Below are positions 51,078-59,625 of a stretch of DNA of 64,000 nucleotides, in pieces. The position numbers and the translations under genes are program-made. The notes beneath the pieces are model-generated. The model was not told the origin of the DNA and made no database searches. It saw only the letters and a program-made list of their open reading frames with translations. The stretch comes from Candidatus Parcubacteria bacterium (GTDB taxonomy: Bacteria > Patescibacteriota > Minisyncoccia > UBA6257 > HR35): assembly GCA_026004535.1 (NCBI GenBank), contig BPJI01000002.1:688-64687 (forward strand), read 5' to 3'. Each line of letters begins with the position of its first letter. Within the stretch, counting starts at the first letter, position 1.

Positions 51078-52436
51078 ATGGACACAATAAAGAATAAAAT
51101 CAAAAATTCTTTATCGTATTATTTTGACCTATTGTCGGAAATTGAGAGCAAATTTAAAGTAAAAGCATATATTGTCGGTGGTGCTGTAAGAGACGCAGGC
51201 ATAGATGAAAAAGTAAAGGACATTGATATAGTTATTATTCCTTATAGGTATAATGTTTCCATAAATTTATTGGAATTGCAGACAAAAAAAATATCGCCTG
51301 CACAGGCGTTTCCTGTCTATATCTACACTTCAGACAATCCCAAATATTCAAACCAGCAGTATGAATTGGCAATAGGAAGGAAAGAGTATAAAACAGGTAT
51401 TGGGCATAAAGGTTTCAATATTGTTCCTGCGGATGATATTTACACTGACTTATTAAGACGTGATTTTACAATAAACGCAATCGCAATAGACAAAAACGGC
51501 GAATTACATTATCCCAAAGACGCATTAAGAGACCTTGAAAAAAGGTTATTAAATCCTGTCGTTGAAAAACACTTCGTAGAAGACCCGTTGAGATACTATC
51601 GTGCCTTACGTTTTGCAACAAAAGGTTTTTCACTTACCCTTAGAATGATAAACACATTAAACAATATCCCACAATACGAATTGGAATCTATTCCTAATGA
51701 AAGAATATCAAATGAAATGATGAAGGCATTTGGCGGTAAGTATCCAGAAAGATTTTTTACCTGCATGGCTTTATTGAATAATATACCTAATAAATTTCAG
51801 CACATAAAAAAATGTTTATACGTTCCTTCGGGAAGAGGTGAAAAGCACTCTGACGAAAGGCATTTGTTAGATCACTTGAATAAAGTATTGAAATTATCAA
51901 CAAGATTGACAAATGATTATAATGTAAGATTGGCGGCATTCTATCATGATATTGGAAAGATATTTACAGACCCTAAAGAATATCCGAGACATTATGGACA
52001 TGAGCAAAATGGCTACGATTTTGCCATTAAGTGGTTCAAAGACATGCGTTTTGAAAATAAAACAGTAGAGATTGTTTCCCGTGCGTGCAGGTATCATATG
52101 CTTATAGACAATTACTATAATTTAAGGTTATCTAAATTGATTGACATTGTTTCTGAAAACAAATATTACATAAAAGAATTGGTTATGGTAAGTATTTGTG
52201 ATGTGGATGATGAAAGGTATGAAAGAGAAGTTTGGGATGTTTTTAATCTTGTCTTGGAGGTGGTGAATATGAAACCGTCAATATTGATTGGTGAAGAAAA
52301 ATTAAAGGAATTAAGCAGGAAAAATCCAGAAAATATCAGAAGTCTTTTAAAGCAACGACGTGTTGAAATATTGAAAGAAAAGTTATTAAGCGATATTAAG
52401 TTTAGTAATTATATGATAATGCAGAAAGTAATATAA
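51078..52436 (+). CDS. cca: Class II CCA-adding tRNA nucleotidyltransferase with HD domain
   Basis: VGGAVRD..KDIDI, DLLRRDFTINAIA, EDPLRYYRALRF, ERISNEMMK, FYHDIGK. Confidence 0.85.
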   Translation: MDTIKNKIKNSLSYYFDLLSEIESKFKVKAYIVGGAVRDAGIDEKVKDIDIVIIPYRYNVSINLLELQTKKISPAQAFPVYIYTSDNPKYSNQQYELAIGRKEYKTGIGHKGFNIVPADDIYTDLLRRDFTINAIAIDKNGELHYPKDALRDLEKRLLNPVVEKHFVEDPLRYYRALRFATKGFSLTLRMINTLNNIPQYELESIPNERISNEMMKAFGGKYPERFFTCMALLNNIPNKFQHIKKCLYVPSGRGEKHSDERHLLDHLNKVLKLSTRLTNDYNVRLAAFYHDIGKIFTDPKEYPRHYGHEQNGYDFAIKWFKDMRFENKTVEIVSRACRYHMLIDNYYNLRLSKLIDIVSENKYYIKELVMVSICDVDDERYEREVWDVFNLVLEVVNMKPSILIGEEKLKELSRKNPENIRSLLKQRRVEILKEKLLSDIKFSNYMIMQKVI

Positions 52437-52530
52437 TAAGTTTGCTATAAAAAAAATAACCAAAAAAAGCGGTTAAAATTTCTTATAAATTAAATTTGTA
52501 TAATCAATAATCATAATAAAATTTACCAAT

Positions 52531-53031
52531 ATGATAAATTTTTTCTTAAAACGCAATCATACAAATAATAATCATCAAAATTATAAATTATATGAGAGGG
52601 GCGGATTATCCTACGAAAAAATGGACATAGTAAGAACAAAAAGTGGGCTTCCGGCAATGTGGGAATCAGGCGGTGGTTATACCAATACGGGTGAAAGCGT
52701 CATAATTGCAGGGAGAAACGGAGAGCGAAAAAAACCTATATACATACGAAAAAAGGGTCATCTTGCCAATCGTGAACATGCACTTTATATTGTAAATAAG
52801 GGAGATATAGTCGTACAGGCATATCATCATAGAGAAGATTTTACAATTAGAGTTTATAAAATTGTAGATTTTGAAGATAATTATGCCATTTTAGAGTTGT
52901 TATATTATTATGAAGATGGAGAATGGGATAAGCCATTGCCAGAGAAATATAAAGATGTTGTGGATGCTGCCATGCATAAAGCCATCATTTATCATTGTAG
53001 GTATCCAGTTTACTATAAAGAGCATGATTAA
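52531..53031 (+). CDS. Phage-type protein with N-terminal YERGG leader
   Basis: Leader then RTKSGLPAMWESGGGYTNTG...GHLANREHAL; TAAATTTG at 52491. Confidence 0.7.
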   Translation: MINFFLKRNHTNNNHQNYKLYERGGLSYEKMDIVRTKSGLPAMWESGGGYTNTGESVIIAGRNGERKKPIYIRKKGHLANREHALYIVNKGDIVVQAYHHREDFTIRVYKIVDFEDNYAILELLYYYEDGEWDKPLPEKYKDVVDAAMHKAIIYHCRYPVYYKEHD

Positions 53032-53048
53032 AATAAAAATTTACAACT

Positions 53049-53543
53049 ATGATACAGTTTTTTTCAAACAACCGAAAAGGATACAAAAAATTTGAAAAAG
53101 GTGGTATCCCTTCAACAGATACGCCTTTGATAGAAATATTCAACAAACCTAACTTAATTTTTAATTATCTTTATTTAACAGGTTTTGAAAATTTGGAAGG
53201 TATTGACAAAAACAAATTGGTTGCACTTGTATATGAGTTAAAATTATCCGAAGATGATTTGCGGAAACTAAAAGTAATTGATGAATATACTGTATATCAT
53301 GATGGTAAAGAGTATGTTATATTGGAAGAGGGGGAAGAATATGACGAATATGTAAAAGATAGAATTGAGGAAATTATTGAGGAGGCGTATAATCAAATAC
53401 CAGAGCATTTGCAGTATTATTTTGACGAAGAGAAGTATAAACAAGATATATTGATTGAAACTTCAAATGGTGCAACTTTAATTTCAGATACATACAATGA
53501 AATAAAAATTGGCGATAAAGATTATTATGTATTTTACGTTTAA
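53049..53543 (+). CDS. Acidic protein with ArdA-like C-terminal motif and FEKGG leader
   Basis: IPEHLQYYFDEEKYKQDIL. Confidence 0.5.
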   Translation: MIQFFSNNRKGYKKFEKGGIPSTDTPLIEIFNKPNLIFNYLYLTGFENLEGIDKNKLVALVYELKLSEDDLRKLKVIDEYTVYHDGKEYVILEEGEEYDEYVKDRIEEIIEEAYNQIPEHLQYYFDEEKYKQDILIETSNGATLISDTYNEIKIGDKDYYVFYV

Positions 53544-53560
53544 AATAAATGCAATAAATT

Positions 53561-54130
53561 GTGTTTTTATTGTATAAAAACATATTACACACAAAACAAA
53601 ATTACTTTGAAAAAGGCGGGGAAGTAAATCTTTCTCCAAATGATAACAGTATTGTTAAAGAAACGTTATATAACTTCTTTAAAGATTACGACAAAATGCA
53701 CGATTTCATAAAACAAACAGGTTTATTTGATGATTTGGACGATATAAACAGAGTAGTTGCTTTATGCAAATTCGCAGAACTAAAAGAGAGTGATTTATAT
53801 GAATTGCATTATGATAAGAACAAACCATATGAGTTTGTATTGAAAGATGGTAAAATTTATTATGTATTTAATGAGAACGAAGTCGAAATATTGAAAAAGC
53901 CACTTTTGGAATTGCAGGTAGATATTGCAATGAAAAGCATTCCCGAACATTTAACATTTTATTTTGACGAAGATAAATACAAAAATGATGTTTTACTATT
54001 AAATAGTGATATTGTTGAAACGCTCACATTTTCTTATAAAAAATATCAGATAAATAAAAAGTTATATTACGCCTGTGAGCCATACGACATATTTGTAGAG
54101 TCATTAGATAAAGTAGTAAAACAATTTTGA
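53561..54130 (+). CDS. Paralogue of 53049, ArdA-like motif, FEKGG leader
   Basis: IPEHLTFYFDEDKYKNDVL; GTG start. Confidence 0.5.
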   Translation: MFLLYKNILHTKQNYFEKGGEVNLSPNDNSIVKETLYNFFKDYDKMHDFIKQTGLFDDLDDINRVVALCKFAELKESDLYELHYDKNKPYEFVLKDGKIYYVFNENEVEILKKPLLELQVDIAMKSIPEHLTFYFDEDKYKNDVLLLNSDIVETLTFSYKKYQINKKLYYACEPYDIFVESLDKVVKQF

Positions 54131-54144
54131 TAAATTATAAAATT

Positions 54145-54573
54145 ATGAAAAGATTAAAAGACGCAATTCAAATTACATACGGAACAATATATTTTGTGAT
54201 TTATATTGCTGCAAGCATCTTGCAAATATTATTGGCACCTATATTAGTTGTTTATGCATGGATTAAGATAGCAATGATTAGAGATAAGAAAAAACGTGAT
54301 GATAGTTTTGGTTTGTATAACGAAAAAATATCAATTTTGAAGGATATACTCGGAAATGTAATGGGGGCATATTTATTTAATGATGTATTGATAAAAAAAG
54401 ATGGATATAAATTTGGCCGCAGATATGAAACAATATCAAGCGTTCTTGGAAAAAATAAACGATTAGGCAAACTGACTTTTGTAGGCAAAGTGCTTTGTTA
54501 TATTCTTGACAAAATTGATGAGAATCATTGTGAAAAATCAATAAGTTACGATAACATAATTGACAAAGAATAA
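54145..54573 (+). CDS. Membrane protein of a Bacteroidota-phage-type family
   Basis: N-terminal TM, GYKFG..ETISSVLGKN...LDKIDENHC..SI. Confidence 0.6.
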   Translation: MKRLKDAIQITYGTIYFVIYIAASILQILLAPILVVYAWIKIAMIRDKKKRDDSFGLYNEKISILKDILGNVMGAYLFNDVLIKKDGYKFGRRYETISSVLGKNKRLGKLTFVGKVLCYILDKIDENHCEKSISYDNIIDKE

Positions 54574-54574
54574 A

Positions 54575-55066
54575 TTATCTATAATCTTCCAATCTCTTTT
54601 CGTTTTTAAGAAAACTGACTTTCTGCATTATTATATTCAAGTGCTTATCAACGGTATCTTTGTAGTTATTCAGCATATAATACAGCGATTTGATACGATT
54701 AAGTGCGATGTAGTGTTGGTTTAGTTCTATTTTTGCAAGTGTTTCTGATTTATTTACTGCTTTATTTTGTCCTATAAAGTTTATTTTAAGTATGTTGTAA
54801 TAGTTATCAATAATTTGCTCATAGTAGTCAATGATGTGTTTTATCTTGCTCAACAATTTCGATATTTCATACATATTTACAATCAACCTGTCCATTATTT
54901 CAATATATCCGTTTATGTCTTGCGACTCGTTTATTTTTTTATAGTCCGATACATTGTGGTCAATTTCTTTAATTAAATTCTCAACCAAATCTTTTTTGTT
55001 CGTGTATTCATAATTGATGTAATCACGTTCAGATATTAGTTTTTTATCAATCTCATCTTTATTCAT
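54575..55066 (-). CDS. Coiled-coil hypothetical protein
   Basis: 163-aa ORF. Confidence 0.6.
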   Translation of the reverse strand: MNKDEIDKKLISERDYINYEYTNKKDLVENLIKEIDHNVSDYKKINESQDINGYIEIMDRLIVNMYEISKLLSKIKHIIDYYEQIIDNYYNILKINFIGQNKAVNKSETLAKIELNQHYIALNRIKSLYYMLNNYKDTVDKHLNIIMQKVSFLKNEKRLEDYR

Positions 55067-55084
55067 ATCTGATACAATTTATTG

Positions 55085-55393
55085 TTATTCTAACCTTGAC
55101 AAAAGTATTAAAAAATACTCTAAATTTTCCGCATTTTCCCCATACATCTTTTTCATAATATCAACACACTCCTCTTTGCTATATCCCGTATCTATTCGGG
55201 CAATGAATTCGTTTACTTTGTCCAATTTAAACGTTCTTATATCTACAATTACGGCATCATACAAAAACTGGTTTTTAAGCATAATTTTATACTTTTCACC
55301 GATTTTATACTTGCTACTTTTTGGTCTGATTGTCGTGAAACTTTTGCAATTTAACTTGTTATTCCAATTGTAATTAAAGTTTATTGTTTGCAT
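55085..55393 (-). CDS. ASCH/PUA-domain protein
   Basis: KSFTTIR...YKIGE...IARIDTGY. Confidence 0.65.
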   Translation of the reverse strand: MQTINFNYNWNNKLNCKSFTTIRPKSSKYKIGEKYKIMLKNQFLYDAVIVDIRTFKLDKVNEFIARIDTGYSKEECVDIMKKMYGENAENLEYFLILLSRLE

Positions 55394-55405
55394 AGTAGTA
55401 TTATT

Positions 55406-55675
55406 TTAAATTACACTTATCCATTTTTTTTTAACACTATGACGATATTTGGCAATTCTTGTAAATGGATATAATTCTGACAACATGTATTTGGGCAAAT
55501 TTATTCTATATTTATATTGCAACAATTCGCTTACATATACACCTTCTTTTTGAATACGTATTATTGACGACACAAACTCATTCTCTTGTGTCAATCCATA
55601 TACATAAATAATATAATATTTATCTGTTTTTTTCAACAAAATGGCATCAATCATTATGTATTCAGTATTTATCAT
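55406..55675 (-). CDS. Hypothetical protein
   Basis: 89-aa ORF in operon. Confidence 0.55.
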   Translation of the reverse strand: MINTEYIMIDAILLKKTDKYYIIYVYGLTQENEFVSSIIRIQKEGVYVSELLQYKYRINLPKYMLSELYPFTRIAKYRHSVKKKWISVI

Positions 55676-56123
55676 GTTTCATTTGTTTTGTAAATAATAT
55701 TATTGCGGTGCTTTCTCTTTCTCTTTGTTCTATGACAATTTTAAACGTAATTTCGTCAACATAAATAGTAATCTGTTCATCAAAGTTGGATGGTTCAAAA
55801 TCAATTACACTTTTAAAGCACCGTTTTGGATTTTTTATTTCCATCAAATAATTCTCTACATCAATTCCTTTTTCATAGATATAAACTTCGCAATATAAAT
55901 ACTTGCTTCCATTCATATCAACGAATTTTTCAAATTCTTTTGCCATATCATCTATCATTTCTTCTCTTTCAAATTCCATTTCTTTTATTGTTGCCCTTTC
56001 AATTACTTCCTCCGTCGCATCGCAACCTGCATTAAAAGGGAATACACCTGTTTCTTTCCAAGTAGTATAAACAATATCACGGGCTTCGTCTTCATTTATT
56101 GTTTTTGTTGATAATATTTTCAT
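55662..56123 (-). CDS. Hypothetical protein
   Basis: 153-aa ORF. Confidence 0.65.
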   Translation of the reverse strand: MKILSTKTINEDEARDIVYTTWKETGVFPFNAGCDATEEVIERATIKEMEFEREEMIDDMAKEFEKFVDMNGSKYLYCEVYIYEKGIDVENYLMEIKNPKRCFKSVIDFEPSNFDEQITIYVDEITFKIVIEQRERESTAIILFTKQMKHDKY

Positions 56124-56149
56124 AGCTTTTAGTTTTTTGATTTATTTGA

Positions 56150-56290
56150 TTAGTTTAAGAAAATTTCAATAACTTCATATTCCAATATCTTAGGATTAAA
56201 TATAAGGACTATACAAACCCCATTTTCATATTCTTTAAAATCCATGATGCATTCTTTTCTAAAAAAATATGTTTCAATAATTGCTCTCAT
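56150..56290 (-). CDS. 46-aa hypothetical protein (below ORF-track cutoff)
   Basis: MRAIIETYFFRKECIMDF...EIFLN fills the operon gap. Confidence 0.45.
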   Translation of the reverse strand: MRAIIETYFFRKECIMDFKEYENGVCIVLIFNPKILEYEVIEIFLN

Positions 56291-56660
56291 ATTTCATTGA
56301 TTTTAATTTATATAACAAATTATTTTTTACTTCAACAGAATTTAAATCTAACTTATTATCAATAATATATTGTTGCACAAATGTTGGCACATCTCCGTAT
56401 TTTGCATTCTTTGAACAAAGATAATGATATACGGTAAATTCATCTCCGTAATCAATAATTTCTGAAGCGTTTTGGTTTTTGTATATTGTGAGAGAGTAAA
56501 AAGTATCGTCTTCAATTATGTGTTTAAACATATTGACCACTCTCTCATTCTCAAGATTCACAAACCTTTTGTAAAAGTTTGTGATATAGAGACGAAAATC
56601 TTTAACGGTAATTATTTTTAACTCACCGTTAAAGATATTGATTCTGATATAGAAAATCAT
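56274..56660 (-). CDS. Hypothetical protein
   Basis: 128-aa ORF. Confidence 0.6.
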   Translation of the reverse strand: MIFYIRINIFNGELKIITVKDFRLYITNFYKRFVNLENERVVNMFKHIIEDDTFYSLTIYKNQNASEIIDYGDEFTVYHYLCSKNAKYGDVPTFVQQYIIDNKLDLNSVEVKNNLLYKLKSMKYESNY

Positions 56661-56947
56661 AAATATTTTTCAATTATGTGGTAGTTATCTTTGATAAACT
56701 GCTCTCTTTCTTTACGTTTCTTGTAAAACTTCCCTCTTAATTTAGGGTTTCTTTGCTGTATTAACCTTGAATATCTGCCGACTGATTCAAGGTTAATACT
56801 ATTAAATATTTCGTAAAATATTTTTAAATTTTTTTTGCCTTTTACACACTCCGTATATTTTAAGTAGAGTGTGTATAAAATTGCTTTATTTTCCCGTGCT
56901 TCGGGATATTTATTTAAAATTAACTCAATAATTTGTTTGCTTATCAT
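56657..56947 (-). CDS. Hypothetical phage protein
   Basis: KYPEAREN...ESVGRYSRLIQQRNPKLRG. Confidence 0.65.
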   Translation of the reverse strand: MISKQIIELILNKYPEARENKAILYTLYLKYTECVKGKKNLKIFYEIFNSINLESVGRYSRLIQQRNPKLRGKFYKKRKEREQFIKDNYHIIEKYL

Positions 56948-56995
56948 AGCATTAAATTTTATCGTTAAAAATAAAAAAAATACAAAAAAACAAAT

Positions 56996-57030
56996 AAAAA
57001 AAAGGCAACGCCGTTCGGGCGTTGCCTTTT
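56996..57030 (-). terminator. Intrinsic terminator, possibly bidirectional
   Basis: A8-GGCAACGCC-gttcg-GGCGTTGCC-T4. Confidence 0.8.
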
Positions 57031-57035
57031 GGTTC

Positions 57036-57221
57036 TCAATCCAGGGCTCTTATTCTTGAGCCCTTTCTTTTTGTCTCCTCAACACTGACACACAGGATTT
57101 TTGCACCTGTTTTAATATCACTATGTTCACCGTGTTTTAGTAAATCTTCTTCTAATACGTGGGGGTGTTTAGACACGCCCACCTCTTTAGTTGTTTTTTT
57201 AATTTTTTCTGTTTTTTTCAT
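57036..57221 (-). CDS. 61-aa basic peptide, paralogue of 50887..51069
   Basis: Ends in identical EETKRKGSRIRALD; start lies at the end of the inverted repeat. Confidence 0.75.
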   Translation of the reverse strand: MKKTEKIKKTTKEVGVSKHPHVLEEDLLKHGEHSDIKTGAKILCVSVEETKRKGSRIRALD

Positions 57222-57311
57222 AGTTTTTAAATTTTAAAGTTTACACCATAATATGACGAACATGCCTGAATCCATTGCGACCAGCGGGTTTGAGCCACTT
57301 TTTGACTTCTT
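57219..57311 (-). repeat. Inverted repeat, left copy (~92 bp)
   Basis: Reverse complement matches 59199-59290 with ~4 substitutions and 1 indel. Confidence 0.9.
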
Positions 57312-57347
57312 TCATTTTTTATTATCTTTGTGCAAATACTTATTGTT

Positions 57348-58631
57348 ATGAATAAATACGGTTTAAACTTCATTGGAAAAGAATATGCAATAAATCTATA
57401 TCAAAAAGAAACTGAAAAAAAGTTATATTTAAACGAAAGTTTAAGCAGAAACACCTATGAAACCAACAATATTGTGATACAAGGTGATAATTTAGAGGCA
57501 TTGAAACTATTAAAGAAAGATTATGAAGGTAAAATAAAGTGTATTTATATTGACCCGCCGTATAACACAGGAAACAAATTTGTTTACAACGATAAGTTTA
57601 ATGATTTAGAACTATTCAGCATATTGGGAATAGATAAGAAAGAGTCACGCAAATTAAGAACGAAAAAGGGGCATAATGCATGGTTGACATTTATGTATCC
57701 ACGATTGATGTTGGCAAGGGATTTATTGAGCGACGACGGTGTGATTTTTATCAGCATAGATGATAATGGGTTTTCAAATTTGAAGTTAATATGTGATGAA
57801 ATTTTTGGGGAGGAGAATTTTGTGGCTACACTTATACATCAAAGAGCCAAGGGAGGCGGACAAGCCAAGCATATAGTAAAAGGGCATGATTACATATTGT
57901 TGTATAGTAAAAATATAAATTTAATTAAACCTTTAAGAAGAGATAAAACCAAAAAGTATAAAATTATTGATAAAAATGGAAAAAAATATATTTATAATGA
58001 TGATGTTGTTAGAAAAACTTTCGGTAAATATAACAAAAACATGGGAGACAGAAGATGTTATTATGAAGAATTAAATAAATACAAGAATGAAGCACAGGTT
58101 AAAAAAATTAAAGAAAAGATTAATAACGGAGAATACTTTTTAGAAAAAACAGAATCAGGTTTACATAAAATATGTAAGTTAGAACCACTTGAAGAAGCGT
58201 ATTCAAAAGTTTATTCAATTATTAATAGTAATGATAGCACTATTAAAGTTTTATCTGAAAAAGGTATCGAAGATTTAGAAAAACTTAACATACCAGTTTT
58301 TACTTATCCTAAACCAGTTGAATTAATAAAGTTTTTAATAAAATCTTTACCCGAAAACAACATCATCCTCGACTTCTTCGCAGGCAGTGGCACTACAGGA
58401 CACGCAGTGATGCAACTAAATGCCGAAGACGGGGGCAACCGTAAATTTATACTCGTTCAATTGGATGAACCGTTAAAAGAAGGAACGAAAGCATATCAAT
58501 ATTGCATTGAGCATAATTTAAAACCTGTGCTTTCATCCCTTACTATTGAAAGATTGAAAAAGGCAGGCGATATAATTAAGAATAATGGCAATAATGTGGA
58601 TATAGGATTTAAGGTTTATGATTTAATATAA
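57348..58631 (+). CDS. Type III Mod-like N6/N4 DNA methyltransferase, orphan
   Basis: IQGDNLEAL, IYIDPPYNTG, WLTFMYPRL, FTYPKP, LDFFAGSGTTGHA; TATCTTTG at 57323. Confidence 0.9.
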   Translation: MNKYGLNFIGKEYAINLYQKETEKKLYLNESLSRNTYETNNIVIQGDNLEALKLLKKDYEGKIKCIYIDPPYNTGNKFVYNDKFNDLELFSILGIDKKESRKLRTKKGHNAWLTFMYPRLMLARDLLSDDGVIFISIDDNGFSNLKLICDEIFGEENFVATLIHQRAKGGGQAKHIVKGHDYILLYSKNINLIKPLRRDKTKKYKIIDKNGKKYIYNDDVVRKTFGKYNKNMGDRRCYYEELNKYKNEAQVKKIKEKINNGEYFLEKTESGLHKICKLEPLEEAYSKVYSIINSNDSTIKVLSEKGIEDLEKLNIPVFTYPKPVELIKFLIKSLPENNIILDFFAGSGTTGHAVMQLNAEDGGNRKFILVQLDEPLKEGTKAYQYCIEHNLKPVLSSLTIERLKKAGDIIKNNGNNVDIGFKVYDLI

Positions 58632-58663
58632 AAAAATATAGCGTAAACATTAAAAAATAAAAA

Positions 58664-59122
58664 ATGAAGACAAAATTTGAAACAAAGTGGAGTATTTCAT
58701 ACGACTATAAAACATCGGACGGGTTTTTTTTTAAAAGGGATTATGGAAAGTACCGTTCGGGATTACTTTGGATATATAAGGATGGAGTAATATATGTGGC
58801 GGAAGATGAGGACTTGGGCGAAGACCTTATATTTTTGAGAAATGCTGTGCACGGCACTATATTGTGGATAGCAAGAGGAAATTTTGGACAAACCAAAAAT
58901 GACACTAATGCCTTTTGGTTTGATCCGCATGGTTCCTATATACTTATTTGCGTTGATTGTGGTGGTGGTTTCAAAAAGAGTCTTGGATATGCAGATAATT
59001 GGGTGCTGCAAAAAGCAATTTACTACCATCGGGTTGTTTCAAAATGCGGCGAAATAGGGCTCGTTTGGATAATCTTGGATCTTAATGATATTACACAATC
59101 AGACAACGCTGCTAATTTTTAA
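58664..59122 (+). CDS. Hypothetical phage protein
   Basis: 152-aa ORF. Confidence 0.65.
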   Translation: MKTKFETKWSISYDYKTSDGFFFKRDYGKYRSGLLWIYKDGVIYVAEDEDLGEDLIFLRNAVHGTILWIARGNFGQTKNDTNAFWFDPHGSYILICVDCGGGFKKSLGYADNWVLQKAIYYHRVVSKCGEIGLVWIILDLNDITQSDNAANF

Positions 59123-59198
59123 TTCTAAATTTAAAAGTTCTACCTTGTAAAAAATATCTATATATTAAATCAAAAGTTCATTTAACATGATAAAACAT

Positions 59199-59290
59199 AA
59201 GAAGTCAAAAAGTGGCTCAAACCCGCTGGTCGCAATGGATTGAGGTGTTTTCGTCATATTATGGTGTAAACTTTAAAATTTAAAACTATG
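59199..59290 (+). repeat. Inverted repeat, right copy
   Basis: aagaagtcaaaaagtggctcaaacccgctggtcgcaatggatt...tcgtcatattatggtgtaaactttaaaatttaaaactATG. Confidence 0.9.
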
Positions 59291-59542
59291 AAAAATTACA
59301 GAAGAGAAGTAAAAAGATCGCAAGGTAGTTTTCTTAAATTTTGGGAAATTTGCCTCGATGAAGGGTACTTCATCGGGGATTGGCCGTTTGTAATGGCGGC
59401 CTATACCATCTTCCTCGAAGATGGAGGGAGGAGAACGAGTCAAACAGAAAAAGAGTACCGGGAACTCATGTCCCGGTATGAAGCTCCATCAGCCATGAAA
59501 GAGGAAAAAATAAAAAAGGGCATGTTCGGTGAAACCGAATAA
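59288..59542 (+). CDS. 84-aa hypothetical (possibly early) protein
   Basis: Start at the end of the inverted repeat; relatively GC-rich. Confidence 0.6.
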   Translation: MKNYRREVKRSQGSFLKFWEICLDEGYFIGDWPFVMAAYTIFLEDGGRRTSQTEKEYRELMSRYEAPSAMKEEKIKKGMFGETE

Positions 59543-59554
59543 TGCCCTTTTTTT
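59512..59554 (+). terminator. Intrinsic terminator
   Basis: AAAAAAGGGCAT-gttcggt-gaa-accgaat-aATGCCCTTTTTTT. Confidence 0.75.
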
Positions 59555-59560
59555 ATTTAA

Positions 59561-59609
59561 AGGTGACCACGACCTGTAACGTGAAACACCTGCCGTGTGG
59601 TGCAGGCAG
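59561..59609 (+). ncRNA. Candidate small structured RNA/leader
   Basis: GC-rich intergenic 49-mer with several competing stems. Confidence 0.25.
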
Positions 59610-59625
59610 TTAAATTAAAACTTTT

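Noticed and set aside
59180-59207. dif/Xer-like site (ATTTAACATGA...)
   Set aside because: Only the XerD-like arm resembles the consensus; the other arm does not, and such matches are common in AT-rich DNA
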